Positions 52,701 to 61,414 of a DNA stretch of 64,000 bases are shown here, in pieces. Every line of letters begins with the position of its first letter. The stretch's first letter is position 1. The position numbers were made by a program, and so were the translations under genes. Source of the stretch: an uncultured Candidatus Saccharibacteria bacterium (lineage in GTDB: Bacteria > Patescibacteriota > Minisyncoccia > Phycocordibacterales > UBA918); contig CAYGJY010000001.1 in assembly GCA_964350645.1 (NCBI GenBank), positions 399,939 through 463,938 on the forward strand, given 5' to 3'. The notes beneath the pieces were generated by a model. The model worked only from the letters and a program-made list of their open reading frames with translations. It was not told where the DNA came from and searched no databases.

Positions 52701-54018
52701 CAGTTGTGTCACCCACGCTAAGTGAGAAGAAATACACAAAACTACCAGCTGGCATTTCAGCTAAAGTCGCTGGACAATTAGCGATCCGTACTCCTCGCTT
52801 CGAGACATTTACTGGAGTGTCAGTCGCGTCAAAGGTGACGGTGGTAAAGTCAGCCGTTGATCCAGTGCTTGGGACATAGTCAAATCGACAATCAAAGAAG
52901 TTCTGTGACTCATCGATATTTGTGTAGACATTCAGATAGAACTCGTTAGCATCACCACTATTGCCATTACCGGCAATCTTAAAGTCGTAGGTGAAGCTAT
53001 CAATATCTTCTACCGGTACCTGGATGAAGTTTTCGCCAATAAATTTATCGGCTGGTACGTCAGACACTGGACCGACAAATAGTGACCCATTACCAATACT
53101 TGCGTCATCGTCATTAAACTCGAATATAGTTGTTGAATCACGGTTGAACAACCAACCACCATTTTCCAGTGTGAAGTCATCTCCTGTTACCACGATTGTA
53201 TTTTCATCCTTTGGTATAGGCGCCTGAACGTCAAACCGAGTCCAGTTAAATCGCTCATCCGTTTCTGCACCAAATGATAATCGTACTTCCACAAAAGCAT
53301 TCGCTGAAAGAGTTACCTGCTTTGTCTCGTTGGTGACACACACAAATGGGTATAGCCCATCAGTGATTTCAGGATTGAAGTTGACGCCACCGTTAGTTGC
53401 GATTATTTGTGAAGTGTCGCCATCAGTTCGATACTCAAAACATGAAGCAAAATTTCGCGTTGAGACAAAATCAAGTGTTATTTCACCTGGTGCTGAGGCT
53501 GTTTCTTCCACATACGCAAACCCAGCCGTAGTATTTATTGCATTGGTACTTGGAAAGACTGAACTAGTAGTATTTTCTTGAACCTCAACGGTTACAGTAG
53601 CATCAGCCCCAATTTGGGTTCCGCCTGGTCCGTCGAGTAGTTGAACAGTAATAGTGTAGTCACCAGCAGTAGGATTGCTATAACAAATTCCTTTGTTTTC
53701 ATCTATTGCAAACTCGCTATCTACAGTAAGGCTATTACATTCACCACCGATTGTACCTGAGAAAAATGAACCACCACCATCGTCTGAAACCGCTACTACG
53801 GTGCCTGCTGTACGTGTTGTGTCGTCAGTGGTGACCGTCGCGACAAAATTAACTTGTTCATCAACAAGCGCAGTGAGTGTTGATTCATTAGTCGTGACGC
53901 CCGTACTGGCCGCAAAGGCGACAAAAAAAGACGCCGGAAAAGCGCTAAGTAGAAGAGAAAGCATAGTCGCCAAAGCAACAATACGAACTGAAATGAGTCG
54001 GGGGTTAATAAAAGCCAT
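49762..54018 (-). CDS. Large secreted surface protein (1,418 aa): multiple Ig-like domains, Myxococcus-type Cys-rich repeat, CnaB/SdrD-B-like domain, C-terminal peptidoglycan-binding (PG_binding_1-like) domain
   Basis: It has a signal peptide. The Cys-rich repeat is YCGDGIVQTEGANSWEQCEIGDEGCTEYC. GAKWNDLDEDGIWDEEEPTLNGWTIQASDGETLLETTTDGEGNYEFQVEAGDWTV resembles CnaB/SdrD-B. The C-terminal LTEYMKSGQVNDVLQVTKLQTFLNEQGFITPYTGVFDITTENNVKAFQQVY resembles PG_binding_1. Confidence 0.7.
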   Translation of the reverse strand: MAFINPRLISVRIVALATMLSLLLSAFPASFFVAFAASTGVTTNESTLTALVDEQVNFVATVTTDDTTRTAGTVVAVSDDGGGSFFSGTIGGECNSLTVDSEFAIDENKGICYSNPTAGDYTITVQLLDGPGGTQIGADATVTVEVQENTTSSVFPSTNAINTTAGFAYVEETASAPGEITLDFVSTRNFASCFEYRTDGDTSQIIATNGGVNFNPEITDGLYPFVCVTNETKQVTLSANAFVEVRLSFGAETDERFNWTRFDVQAPIPKDENTIVVTGDDFTLENGGWLFNRDSTTIFEFNDDDASIGNGSLFVGPVSDVPADKFIGENFIQVPVEDIDSFTYDFKIAGNGNSGDANEFYLNVYTNIDESQNFFDCRFDYVPSTGSTADFTTVTFDATDTPVNVSKRGVRIANCPATLAEMPAGSFVYFFSLSVGDTTDSDEGLAGYYDNVVLETASAITTWDFEPEPDTGKPTMTVIEPENGFVTNADFDIVIQATDNEELASVVVNLKDENGANLASCLNEPTGAVTTYDASCTVSVAALGEGEFGYKANARDAAGNISNTVSRLFTIDTTGPAITINTPVVDEVISQEVTVTGSATDPAGIEGDQVAVHLRPLKENGKCGAFVSSADATVGETGAFSTTFDVSAFLPGRYCVTVLSSDTVGNNNGGGNHVKSFVIVEPDITKPDVVITSPANGAVVADDPFTVTGTASDAQSEIEDVLYTVTQIDTLGGDYVASVDSGTAIGTNLWSFAVDALTAGFYRLKAQAFDTEGNFRYKFHDIEVVERPDASLVITNPETADQTLSGIVSFAAEYVDGDDTPDTMQWAVRTGDCGIGGTTVAGNVDGFTDVSSFDGASFGATVDMSALADGQYCFIANPNESSGPNLRETQPFFLENIVEVVYGAYCGDGIVQTEGANSWEQCEIGDEGCTEYCLFENQCSAEKLVKITLNETESVSFDGQIYLGAEDNIIPSGTWFNFNEVGDLAFNTLANGVQGLAVERNQENSELKLAFTGDNQSRQIDIVAGSIETIGIDLGKIDRSPNPSFKLEDKSPAFIDIFDKTDESIEFDMRVDTGNDGVSVEVGLGDEYNCPLTYTIQGAKWNDLDEDGIWDEEEPTLNGWTIQASDGETLLETTTDGEGNYEFQVEAGDWTVSEVQQIGWTQSAPDSELGVCEFNIPQNEVSFYECNFGNYEESQPEVSESTLACDSFTTNRSLVDVGNPIILSWNTTDADSVVIDTNIGAVASDGSIQVNVPVNEGTVTYTLTAINGEETVTCSTAVEVREMSGGGGGSAQAGIVAGASISTESESQVLGVTTSNQCDLYLTEYMKSGQVNDVLQVTKLQTFLNEQGFITPYTGVFDITTENNVKAFQQVYSSEILLPWVAVDPSYDLTPSGYVFKTTRWKINDMKCPGIQAFPELP

Positions 54019-54136
54019 ATCGATATAAATCTTAAAGTAGTAATCCCACCTGTGGCAAAAGCCAAAGTACGCTGATGATACAACTTTTATTACACAAATT
54101 CAATTAAAGCGACGTCACTTGAAATTTGTCAATAAT

Positions 54137-55024
54137 TTACATCGAATCACCAATCCGCTCGATTATTTTCAACTCCACACATCTACCCATTTCTCTGCCA
54201 GCTAGCGTCTCATCACGCAAGCCTTTTAATCGTTCGGCCTCATCCATAAAGGAATACATCCGCTCCAAAAACGCTCGTCTCTCTTCAGAAATCATCTTCG
54301 GCGGCATTGCCTTGTCAAACATCCACGGGAATACTCCACAGGCATAAAATTCATTTGTGGTAGAGGCCGGCAGACCGAGTAAACGGACTTTTTCACCACT
54401 CAACAAGCGATCTTGATCTGGCTGACGCAACTCACTGATATTGAGTGTCCAGCTGGCGCCAGTAACATCAAGCAGTGTAGTCGTATTTTCATCGTTTGAA
54501 GTAAGAATGCCAACCAACCTACCTTCTTCTGGTGCTTGCCACAATTTTAACTCCATTTTTCCCTGAGACATATACATCGGCATTTGTTCACCGAGTATCC
54601 TATCGGCCAATGCTCCAACTCCCGCAAAGTGTAAAACTGCTCCCCCAACAATACTGAACAACAAACTACTCCCAATAATCTGTCCCACCGGGTAGCGATA
54701 GCCACGCTTAGTTTTTCGGAGATAAAATACCGCTAAAACTGTCATAGCCGCAAAGACTCCAATCCACACAAATGGAATCACGGTCACAAGAAACTGCCAA
54801 GCTGAATCATGGGTAGCCTCAAAAATATCACGACTGCGGGTAACGAGCGCACTGCAAAATATTGCCATCGAAATAGCCCCTAATAACACCGTAGTCACCC
54901 ACAAGACCCAGACGAGACATTCGGTACACCAAAACCACATTTTTGGTGTGGGTGTAATCGAATCACGTGTGAGGCGATCCAACACTGCGTCTTTGATATT
55001 TGGTTGTTCTGGCTGAGTGTTCAT
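54137..55024 (-). CDS. Multi-TM membrane protein, putative anti-sigma factor
   Basis: 295 aa. Its start overlaps the stop of the ECF sigma gene (ATGA overlap at 55021-55024). It has several hydrophobic helices. Confidence 0.5.
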   Translation of the reverse strand: MNTQPEQPNIKDAVLDRLTRDSITPTPKMWFWCTECLVWVLWVTTVLLGAISMAIFCSALVTRSRDIFEATHDSAWQFLVTVIPFVWIGVFAAMTVLAVFYLRKTKRGYRYPVGQIIGSSLLFSIVGGAVLHFAGVGALADRILGEQMPMYMSQGKMELKLWQAPEEGRLVGILTSNDENTTTLLDVTGASWTLNISELRQPDQDRLLSGEKVRLLGLPASTTNEFYACGVFPWMFDKAMPPKMISEERRAFLERMYSFMDEAERLKGLRDETLAGREMGRCVELKIIERIGDSM

Positions 55025-55596
55025 AAGCGTACGTGGTCGGTATTAATATATTTTTTGAGTTGTTGTTTACCGCGATGAATTAAGGTACCTACTGATCCAA
55101 TCGGAATTTGTAAAATATCGGAGATATCTTCGTATTCATGATGTTCGAAAAATCTTAAAATTAAGACATCACGGTATTTTGCATCAAGTTGTGATAGAGC
55201 GTTATTAATGGTGACGGCATTTAATTCACCGTCAAAAAGTACTTCCTGGCTTTTTTCAGGAGCTTTTACTAAATTTAAAATATCATCACTTTCGCTTACC
55301 AGGTGACCCTCAGGACGTACGTTGCGCTTGCGAAACCAAGAAATAGCTTCATTGTGCGCAATGCGGTAAATCCAGGATGAAAATTTCATGTTGGTATCAA
55401 ACCCATGCAGGTTTTTATACACCTTAATAAAAATCTCCTGCAATACATCTTGCTGGTCTTCGCGTACGCGAACTCCCAATCGATTAATATACCGACACAG
55501 TTGTGATTCGTAACGATCAATAATATGTCCAAAGAGGGCTGGCTCACGTAAGGTTGCAACCACTACTTCTTCATCTTTCATAGCGCTATAATCCAC
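55021..55596 (-). CDS. ECF (sigma-70 family group 4) RNA polymerase sigma factor
   Basis: 191 aa. Region 2 is QEIFIKVYKNLHGFDTNMKFSSWIYRIAHNEAISWFRKR. Region 4 is DVLILRFFEHHEYEDISDILQIPIGSVGTLIHRGKQQLK. Confidence 0.8.
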   Translation of the reverse strand: MDYSAMKDEEVVVATLREPALFGHIIDRYESQLCRYINRLGVRVREDQQDVLQEIFIKVYKNLHGFDTNMKFSSWIYRIAHNEAISWFRKRNVRPEGHLVSESDDILNLVKAPEKSQEVLFDGELNAVTINNALSQLDAKYRDVLILRFFEHHEYEDISDILQIPIGSVGTLIHRGKQQLKKYINTDHVRL

Positions 55597-55675
55597 TCCT
55601 GCATCGTATCTTTTTTTACGCTTTTTTGCACGGATTCTTTCACGCAGGCACGCTATAAGCTATACTATCTGTCAT

Positions 55676-56179
55676 ATGAAAAAATTTCTTTTATTTGTAG
55701 CACTGACAATCGTCAGTTGTGTACCAGTAGCGACTAGTGCCTTTGTATTTGAAGACTCTCGAGTACTAAAACTAAACGATACAACGGCTTTATTTAGTAT
55801 TAGTTATTCAGCAAGATTTGTGGATCGAGTTACCTATCACCCTCTACAAGCAACTGTAGCAAGTACTAAGGCAGATGTATCTGCAGCTCACGTTGAAATC
55901 TTCGGAGCAACTGAACCAGTAACTGTATTTGGATTTGTGGAAAGCGAAGCTCCTGTCATCACAAGAAAGTATCGCCTACCCACTAACAGTAAAGGAGTCC
56001 AGACCGTGCACGTATTAGTTAGTGTCTCCGATCCAAGTGAACTAAACGCTATCTCAGTTGGTTTACAGCAGATTCCAATTAATGCCGTTATTCCCGGCGA
56101 AAAATCTGAAATTTTCTTCCTCCGCGGCGCGGTCGTCGAGCAAGCTCAAACAGAAACAGTGGCCGAAAGCCTGCAGTAG
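55676..56179 (+). CDS. Secreted hypothetical protein
   Basis: 167 aa with a signal peptide (LLFVALTIVSCVPVATSA) and no recognisable motif. Confidence 0.5.
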   Translation: MKKFLLFVALTIVSCVPVATSAFVFEDSRVLKLNDTTALFSISYSARFVDRVTYHPLQATVASTKADVSAAHVEIFGATEPVTVFGFVESEAPVITRKYRLPTNSKGVQTVHVLVSVSDPSELNAISVGLQQIPINAVIPGEKSEIFFLRGAVVEQAQTETVAESLQ

Positions 56180-56201
56180 AGCAGGAGTAACCTAAAACAA
56201 A

Positions 56202-56230
56202 AACGGCCGGGAGCGAAGCTCCCGGCCGTT
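56202..56230. terminator. Bidirectional rho-independent terminator between convergent genes
   Basis: AACGGCCGGGAGC-gaa-GCTCCCGGCCGTT is a perfect 13-bp stem. It is preceded by AAAACAAAAA and followed by GTTGTTT. Confidence 0.75.
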
Positions 56231-56238
56231 GTTGTTTC

Positions 56239-57498
56239 CTACACCGCTTCCCCAGCCACCCAACCAGTTGTCCAGCAAAGCTGCAGTGAGTACCCACCAC
56301 TCGGTCGATTAATGTGAAGTACATCACCGGTAAAATACAGATTGGAATGTAAGGTAGACACCATGGTCTTTGTATCAACTTCAGTCAAATCAACTCCACC
56401 ATCTGAAATAACTGCCCAATCCAAGCCCATCGTATCGGTGATTGTAAGTGGCATTGCTTTTAGTCGGTTCACCAAATCATGTCGCACCTCTTTACTAACA
56501 CTATGCACCTTCATCTCTTGAATCTCAGGATCTAACTGTGCCGCTACTGCGTCACTCATACCATGTGGTACAAATTCCTTCAGTACATTTTTAAGCGTCT
56601 TATTTTTATTTATATTAAACACCTCAATGACTCGGTTACGCAGAGTACCTATCTCCGTATCGGGATACATATCAATACTGGCTGGGACCACGCCGTGGAC
56701 CAAAAGCTGCTTTACCTCATGAGCAGCGTTAAGAATCAAAGGACCCGAAATACCAAAATGAGTAAACAGAACTTTTCCAGTTCGAGAGAAGCCATTTGGT
56801 TTTTTACTACCGTCACGATTCACATTAAAATTTATCTTCATAAACGACAGTGTTTTCCCAGAACTCTGCTTTACCCATTCTTCTTCAACTTTTAATGGCA
56901 CAATATTGGGACTTGATTCGTGTATGGTGTGACCAAGTGCTTTTAACCACTCAATTCCTTCACCTGAGGCTCCCGTTTCTGCATGCGAAGAGCCACCAGT
57001 GGCTAAGATAAATTTTTTGGCTCGAAATTCCCCATTGTTAGTTTCAATCCCTACTAACTGGCCAGCTTCAGTAATAAAGCTCAGTACCCGTGTCTTTAAT
57101 TTTAATTCAACGTTATTACTCGTTACATACTGCCGCATCACCTTGGTTACGTCAGCAGCTGACTGACTTTCTGGGAAAGCTCGTTTGCGAGCTTCAACTA
57201 CTAAAGGTACATTGCGCTTCGTAAAAAAGTCCCAAGAATCCTGCATCCCGTGTTGTGAGAACGGTGAATGAAGAAACTTAGCCGCATCGCCATAGTGCGA
57301 CAGTAATAAGCGTGTATCTGTTTCGGCATTCAAAATATTACAACGACCACCTCCAGTGATTGAGAGTTTTTTACCCAACTCTTTATTTTTTTCCACGAGT
57401 AATACCCGCCGGCCTCGCTCCGCCGCTCGGCCGGCCGCCATCATTCCAGATGCACCACCGCCAATTACAATGACGTCATAGATAGTTCCACTTGACAT
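56239..57498 (-). CDS. HI0933/YhiN-family FAD-dependent oxidoreductase (BaiN-like flavoprotein)
   Basis: 419 aa. The N-terminal FAD site is YDVIVIGGGASGMMAAGRAAERGRRVLLVEKNKELGKKLSITGGGRCN. The C-terminus ends with GEAV. Confidence 0.8.
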   Translation of the reverse strand: MSSGTIYDVIVIGGGASGMMAAGRAAERGRRVLLVEKNKELGKKLSITGGGRCNILNAETDTRLLLSHYGDAAKFLHSPFSQHGMQDSWDFFTKRNVPLVVEARKRAFPESQSAADVTKVMRQYVTSNNVELKLKTRVLSFITEAGQLVGIETNNGEFRAKKFILATGGSSHAETGASGEGIEWLKALGHTIHESSPNIVPLKVEEEWVKQSSGKTLSFMKINFNVNRDGSKKPNGFSRTGKVLFTHFGISGPLILNAAHEVKQLLVHGVVPASIDMYPDTEIGTLRNRVIEVFNINKNKTLKNVLKEFVPHGMSDAVAAQLDPEIQEMKVHSVSKEVRHDLVNRLKAMPLTITDTMGLDWAVISDGGVDLTEVDTKTMVSTLHSNLYFTGDVLHINRPSGGYSLQLCWTTGWVAGEAV

Positions 57499-57542
57499 AG
57501 TGGCAAGATATTAGCATAATATGCCACTAAATCAACCTTTCT

Positions 57543-58247
57543 ATGCCAGAACCAGTCCGCATTAATAAACGTCTCGCCGAACTCGGCCTCTGCTCTCGTC
57601 GTGAGGGTGATGTTTTAATTGCAGCCGGCCAGGTTTTGGTTAATGGTAAGCCAGCCGCACTGGGACAAAAAGTCAACACATCTGACTCGGTGACTATCGA
57701 AGGGAAAACTAAAGACTTAGTCTATCTTGCCTATTACAAAGGCCGTGGCATTATCACTCACTCGCCAGAAACTCATGAAGTAGACATTGTCACTCGACTT
57801 AAGAAAGACTATCAACTTACCGATATCTACCCAGTCGGACGTCTCGACAAAGACTCTGAAGGACTAATTATCGTCACTAATGACGGCCGTATCACTGGTC
57901 CCCTACTTGACCCCGACGCTAACATTGCGAAAACCTATGAAGTTGAAGTCGACAAACCAGTTACAGCTAAGTTTTTGAAATTACTCGAATACGGTGTCGA
58001 TATTGAAGGATACCTCACAAAGCCTGCAACTACGAAAGAAAAATCAGCCAAGCACTTTACTCTCACTATTACCGAAGGGAAAAAACACCAAATTCGTCGG
58101 ATGTGTGCGGCCCTCGGCTATCAGGTTCAGTCACTCAAACGACTACAGATAGCCAATATCGAACTTGGCACAATAAAACCCAACCAATACCGCAAAATTG
58201 CGGGACCTGAGTTGACGGAATTATTACACACCCTCGCTATTCAATAG
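57543..58247 (+). CDS. RsuA/RluB-family 23S/16S rRNA pseudouridine synthase with N-terminal S4 domain
   Basis: 234 aa. The S4 domain is RINKRLAELGLCSRREGDVLIAAGQVLVNGK. The catalytic motif is VGRLDKDSEGLIIVTNDG...KKHQIRRM. Confidence 0.8.
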   Translation: MPEPVRINKRLAELGLCSRREGDVLIAAGQVLVNGKPAALGQKVNTSDSVTIEGKTKDLVYLAYYKGRGIITHSPETHEVDIVTRLKKDYQLTDIYPVGRLDKDSEGLIIVTNDGRITGPLLDPDANIAKTYEVEVDKPVTAKFLKLLEYGVDIEGYLTKPATTKEKSAKHFTLTITEGKKHQIRRMCAALGYQVQSLKRLQIANIELGTIKPNQYRKIAGPELTELLHTLAIQ

Positions 58248-58293
58248 CAATACTATTTTTGTAGTATTTTATACTTATTGTGCTGGCAAAAGC

Positions 58294-59523
58294 TTACCAT
58301 TGCCAACCCTCAATATCTTCGTATGCCTGTACGTACGCACTCAGACAATGCTGAGTAAAATCGATCCGCTGCTTCAACTCTGTTTCCCCAGTAAGAAATC
58401 CACCATGTGAGATAGTCGGCTTGGTCTGACTCATAAATTGTAATCCTTCCTCAGTCATAACCAATCGGTACAGCTGGTCCTCATGCAACTGTAATCTAGC
58501 AGTCTTCGCCAACCAAAAATCAATTTCGTGCTCCAGAAGGCTGGCGAGCTGGTTATCAGTGCCGTTGACGACAATACTCTGTGCACTGACCATACCCTCA
58601 ATTGGAGCACAATAGTTATGACGTATAGTGTGATTACTTTGTGATCGGATTACTTGTTCAGCGGTAAAATCTTCAGCGTAAGCTTGATAGTCATCATTTG
58701 GCCAGACGGTCTTTGCATCTTTGAGTGCAGCCATAATCCAGAGATACAAAGCAGATTCCTTTTCTTCAGTCGTAAGATACGCAAACGTATCAGCAAAAGC
58801 ATCTTTGACCGCTTCCTCTGATTGGTATTGGTAATAGCGCACTAAGGCCAACATGGCTTCTCCATTAAAGAAAGGTGACTCTGAATTTGCCAAACCAGTT
58901 CTGAGGCGATACACATTGCTAAATCCAGCGCCTTCGAACTTAGCGGCCAATAAGTACTCTTTGTACGACTCAATCAGGTCAGCATGGCTATCTCCTGCAG
59001 TCGGGTTAGCTGCGGCATAACTTAAAAGTCCCAAAAGAGCCAATGCAGAAGAACCTAAACGACACTCTGTATCAAACTGGGAATTCTGCACACAGGCAAA
59101 TTTCCCATCACTATCAGCGACTGTCTCTGTATGGTCTCTAAAATACGCGATTGAAGTTTCGAGAGCGGTCTGCACCTGCGGATTATTTGCGCCAGTGCTC
59201 CGGTAATATTCCGCCAAAGCGTAGAATGTACCGGCTTGTCGGACCATAGCATTATCATCAGTGTAACTTCCTTCATACGGTAAGTACTCGTATCCAAAGC
59301 CCTTATCTGCTTGTTGCGAACTGACAATCCAGTCAGCACTAGCAACAATAATTTCTTTCATCTCCTCTTTAGTCAACGGTTCTGGTTCAGGATCTACTAA
59401 TGCTTCGAGGTACATAACCATTGCTTGCAGCTTAGAGAGCTGTACGTCTGGATTACTTGCCAAGACAAACTGCGGCAGCAGGGTTGCACCTACGAGGAAT
59501 AAAAGGAATAGTTTTTTTAACAT
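58294..59523 (-). CDS. Secreted hypothetical protein (possibly alpha/alpha-toroid fold)
   Basis: 409 aa with a signal peptide and no confident family assignment. Confidence 0.45.
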   Translation of the reverse strand: MLKKLFLLFLVGATLLPQFVLASNPDVQLSKLQAMVMYLEALVDPEPEPLTKEEMKEIIVASADWIVSSQQADKGFGYEYLPYEGSYTDDNAMVRQAGTFYALAEYYRSTGANNPQVQTALETSIAYFRDHTETVADSDGKFACVQNSQFDTECRLGSSALALLGLLSYAAANPTAGDSHADLIESYKEYLLAAKFEGAGFSNVYRLRTGLANSESPFFNGEAMLALVRYYQYQSEEAVKDAFADTFAYLTTEEKESALYLWIMAALKDAKTVWPNDDYQAYAEDFTAEQVIRSQSNHTIRHNYCAPIEGMVSAQSIVVNGTDNQLASLLEHEIDFWLAKTARLQLHEDQLYRLVMTEEGLQFMSQTKPTISHGGFLTGETELKQRIDFTQHCLSAYVQAYEDIEGWQW

Positions 59524-59528
59524 AGATA

Positions 59529-59726
59529 CTAAGTGTCTGTAACACTTTTTGCTTCATCCCAATCCTTAGCAAACCGCTCCATCCAGGCTTTTTTCTCGGT
59601 CTCTGAAGCACTTGAGATAACGTCCTTATGTTCACTCATATAATGAGCATACAACTGATTAAGAATATCCTCACGAGATTCTGACTGGAAGCTTTGTTCA
59701 CAGTCGTAGCAAGTAAATGTTTTCAT
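59529..59726 (-). CDS. DUF1059-family small protein
   Basis: 65 aa. MKTFTCYDCEQSF...HYMSEHK matches the MKTFTC.DC...H.KE.HG DUF1059 pattern. Confidence 0.5.
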   Translation of the reverse strand: MKTFTCYDCEQSFQSESREDILNQLYAHYMSEHKDVISSASETEKKAWMERFAKDWDEAKSVTDT

Positions 59727-59734
59727 ATACGTTC

Positions 59735-59745
59735 AGTATAGCAAA
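59735..59745 (-). promoter_or_regulatory. Extended -10 element TTTGCTATACT (minus strand) 8 nt upstream of the DUF1059 ATG; same 11-mer as upstream of umuD-like
   Basis: The minus-strand sequence TTTGCTATACTgaacgtatATG is read directly. The proximity of the -10 to the ATG implies a leaderless or near-leaderless mRNA. Confidence 0.4.
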
Positions 59746-59747
59746 CG

Positions 59748-59778
59748 AAACGGGCCGAAGCTTCGCTTCGGCCCGTTT
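59748..59778 (-). terminator. Rho-independent terminator downstream of 59788..60384
   Basis: AAACGGGCCGAAGC-ttc-GCTTCGGCCCGTTT is a perfect 14-bp stem. Confidence 0.7.
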
Positions 59779-59787
59779 CCGTTTGTA

Positions 59788-60384
59788 TTACCGATTCCAC
59801 CACTGCCACTCACTCAATTTTATTCCGATGATAAAAATCATTTCTTGCATCTGTGTTCGTAAACGATTTTTCCAATCCTCCTTACTCACTTCACTCACAC
59901 CCCCTTCTTGTCCCGCTTCACTAAGCGCTGCGACAATATCAGTCGCCAACGGCGAGTCAACTGCATAAGAATTCACAACCTGTGGTAAATCAAACAGGCC
60001 AGCACGCTGACTCACGATATACAACGTTTCTTCTCCTTCAACTGCTGGTCCACCAGCACACAAATAACCCCAGGTAGAATTTTTTTCGTAGTACACCCAA
60101 AACATCTCATCGACATAGCCTTTATGAGCCTCAGTCACTTCTACATACTGACCGGTGTATCCGCTGTCATATTGAAAATTAGGATCACCATCAGTCGAAG
60201 CTTTTTCACTCACATGCTCTACAATTTGACCAGCCGTAGCCGTGAAGACCTGATAATCATCCTGACTGACATAATATTCAATCATTCCGGCCGGATCAAG
60301 ACAACTCAACGCTTGTGCAGTAACCGGCATTACTGCGCTAGTAACAAAAATGGCGGCGATTAAGCCCGTAAGAATATGTTTCAT
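59788..60384 (-). CDS. Secreted hypothetical protein
   Basis: 198 aa with a signal peptide (LIAAIFVTSAVMPVTAQA) and no recognised motif. Confidence 0.5.
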   Translation of the reverse strand: MKHILTGLIAAIFVTSAVMPVTAQALSCLDPAGMIEYYVSQDDYQVFTATAGQIVEHVSEKASTDGDPNFQYDSGYTGQYVEVTEAHKGYVDEMFWVYYEKNSTWGYLCAGGPAVEGEETLYIVSQRAGLFDLPQVVNSYAVDSPLATDIVAALSEAGQEGGVSEVSKEDWKNRLRTQMQEMIFIIGIKLSEWQWWNR

Positions 60385-60440
60385 ATACTAAGTTATGACG
60401 ATCTTAAAAAGACAATCTTACACATACAGTAGCACACAAA

Positions 60441-60468
60441 AACCTCGCTGGATCATCCGAGCGAGGTT
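60441..60468. terminator. Bulged hairpin with T-runs on both sides inside the 371-bp non-coding gap 60385..60755
   Basis: AACCTCGCTGGA-tca-TCCgAGCGAGGTT is preceded by ACACAAAA and followed by TTATGTGTG. Confidence 0.4.
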
Positions 60469-60755
60469 TTATGTGTGTTGTGTAGTCTGCATTACGAAAT
60501 GGTTATCCAAAAATCCATCGAACGCGTGCTTGCAAAAGTTAGTTGTGGCTGACGGCCAACCATATGGATATAGTCGGGACCACCACGGCAGATGTTTTAC
60601 AAGACAGAATGAGTCAAGAATCTAAGTTTAGGCAATCACTCAAAAGTGGTGCAGAAATTATACGACTCACTAGTGACGGACCATCTGTAGTCACACTCAC
60701 TACTTACTATGACGTATGAGATCATGATTTATTTCACAAACTGTGTCACTCTGTC

Positions 60756-61298
60756 TTAATCAACCAAAATTTGGACAGTACTTGGCAAACCTTGCTTAAT
60801 AACTACGAGATCAGCAGCAGTATACTTAGTGCCGCGTAAATCAAGTACTTCAAGGTTTTTCAGATTTGCCAGTTCATGAGGCAGGCCAGTGAATGGGTTA
60901 TTGGCCAGATTAAGAACTTTGAGCTTGTTGAGTTGACCAACCTCAGCCGGCAGGCCAGTGAAGTTATTGACGCTTAGGTTAAGCACAGTCAAATCTTCCA
61001 GGTGACGTACTTCGGCTTTCAGTGAGCCCGACAAAGCCCGGCCCGAGAGATCAACGTTCGTGGAGTTTTCTGGGACACTGATCCCGGCGTAAACTTCAAC
61101 CATTGCTCCAGTACCTGAGAGCTGTTCTGCAGCTGACTTAGCACTATCAAGTGCTTCAGTGTAAAGATTGCCCTGCGTTGTTTCGTCGTTACTTACTACT
61201 GTTTTACGACTACTCATGTCTGACGACAGGTGAGAATAGCCTAAGCCAGCAGCCATAGCAAGGACCAAGAAAAGTCCGATGATACCAATGAATTTCAT
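60756..61298 (-). CDS. Secreted leucine-rich-repeat protein
   Basis: 180 aa with a signal peptide. The repeats are LTVLNLSVNNFTGLP, LNKLKVLNLANNPFTGLP and LKNLEVLDLRGTKY. Confidence 0.7.
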   Translation of the reverse strand: MKFIGIIGLFLVLAMAAGLGYSHLSSDMSSRKTVVSNDETTQGNLYTEALDSAKSAAEQLSGTGAMVEVYAGISVPENSTNVDLSGRALSGSLKAEVRHLEDLTVLNLSVNNFTGLPAEVGQLNKLKVLNLANNPFTGLPHELANLKNLEVLDLRGTKYTAADLVVIKQGLPSTVQILVD

Positions 61299-61360
61299 AC
61301 TACCGATACTTATTGAATAGTAGTTTAGTATACGCTTGTTTTCACTAATGTTGTTGTTAA

Positions 61361-61399
61361 GAAAGCAGCAGGGCGGCCAAAGGCCGCCCTGCTGCTTTC
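61361..61399 (-). terminator. Perfect 18-bp hairpin terminator downstream of typA
   Basis: GAAAGCAGCAGGGCGGCC-aaa-GGCCGCCCTGCTGCTTTC. The T-rich tract is on the plus side only. Confidence 0.65.
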
Positions 61400-61414
61400 T
61401 TTCCTCTTCGCAAA

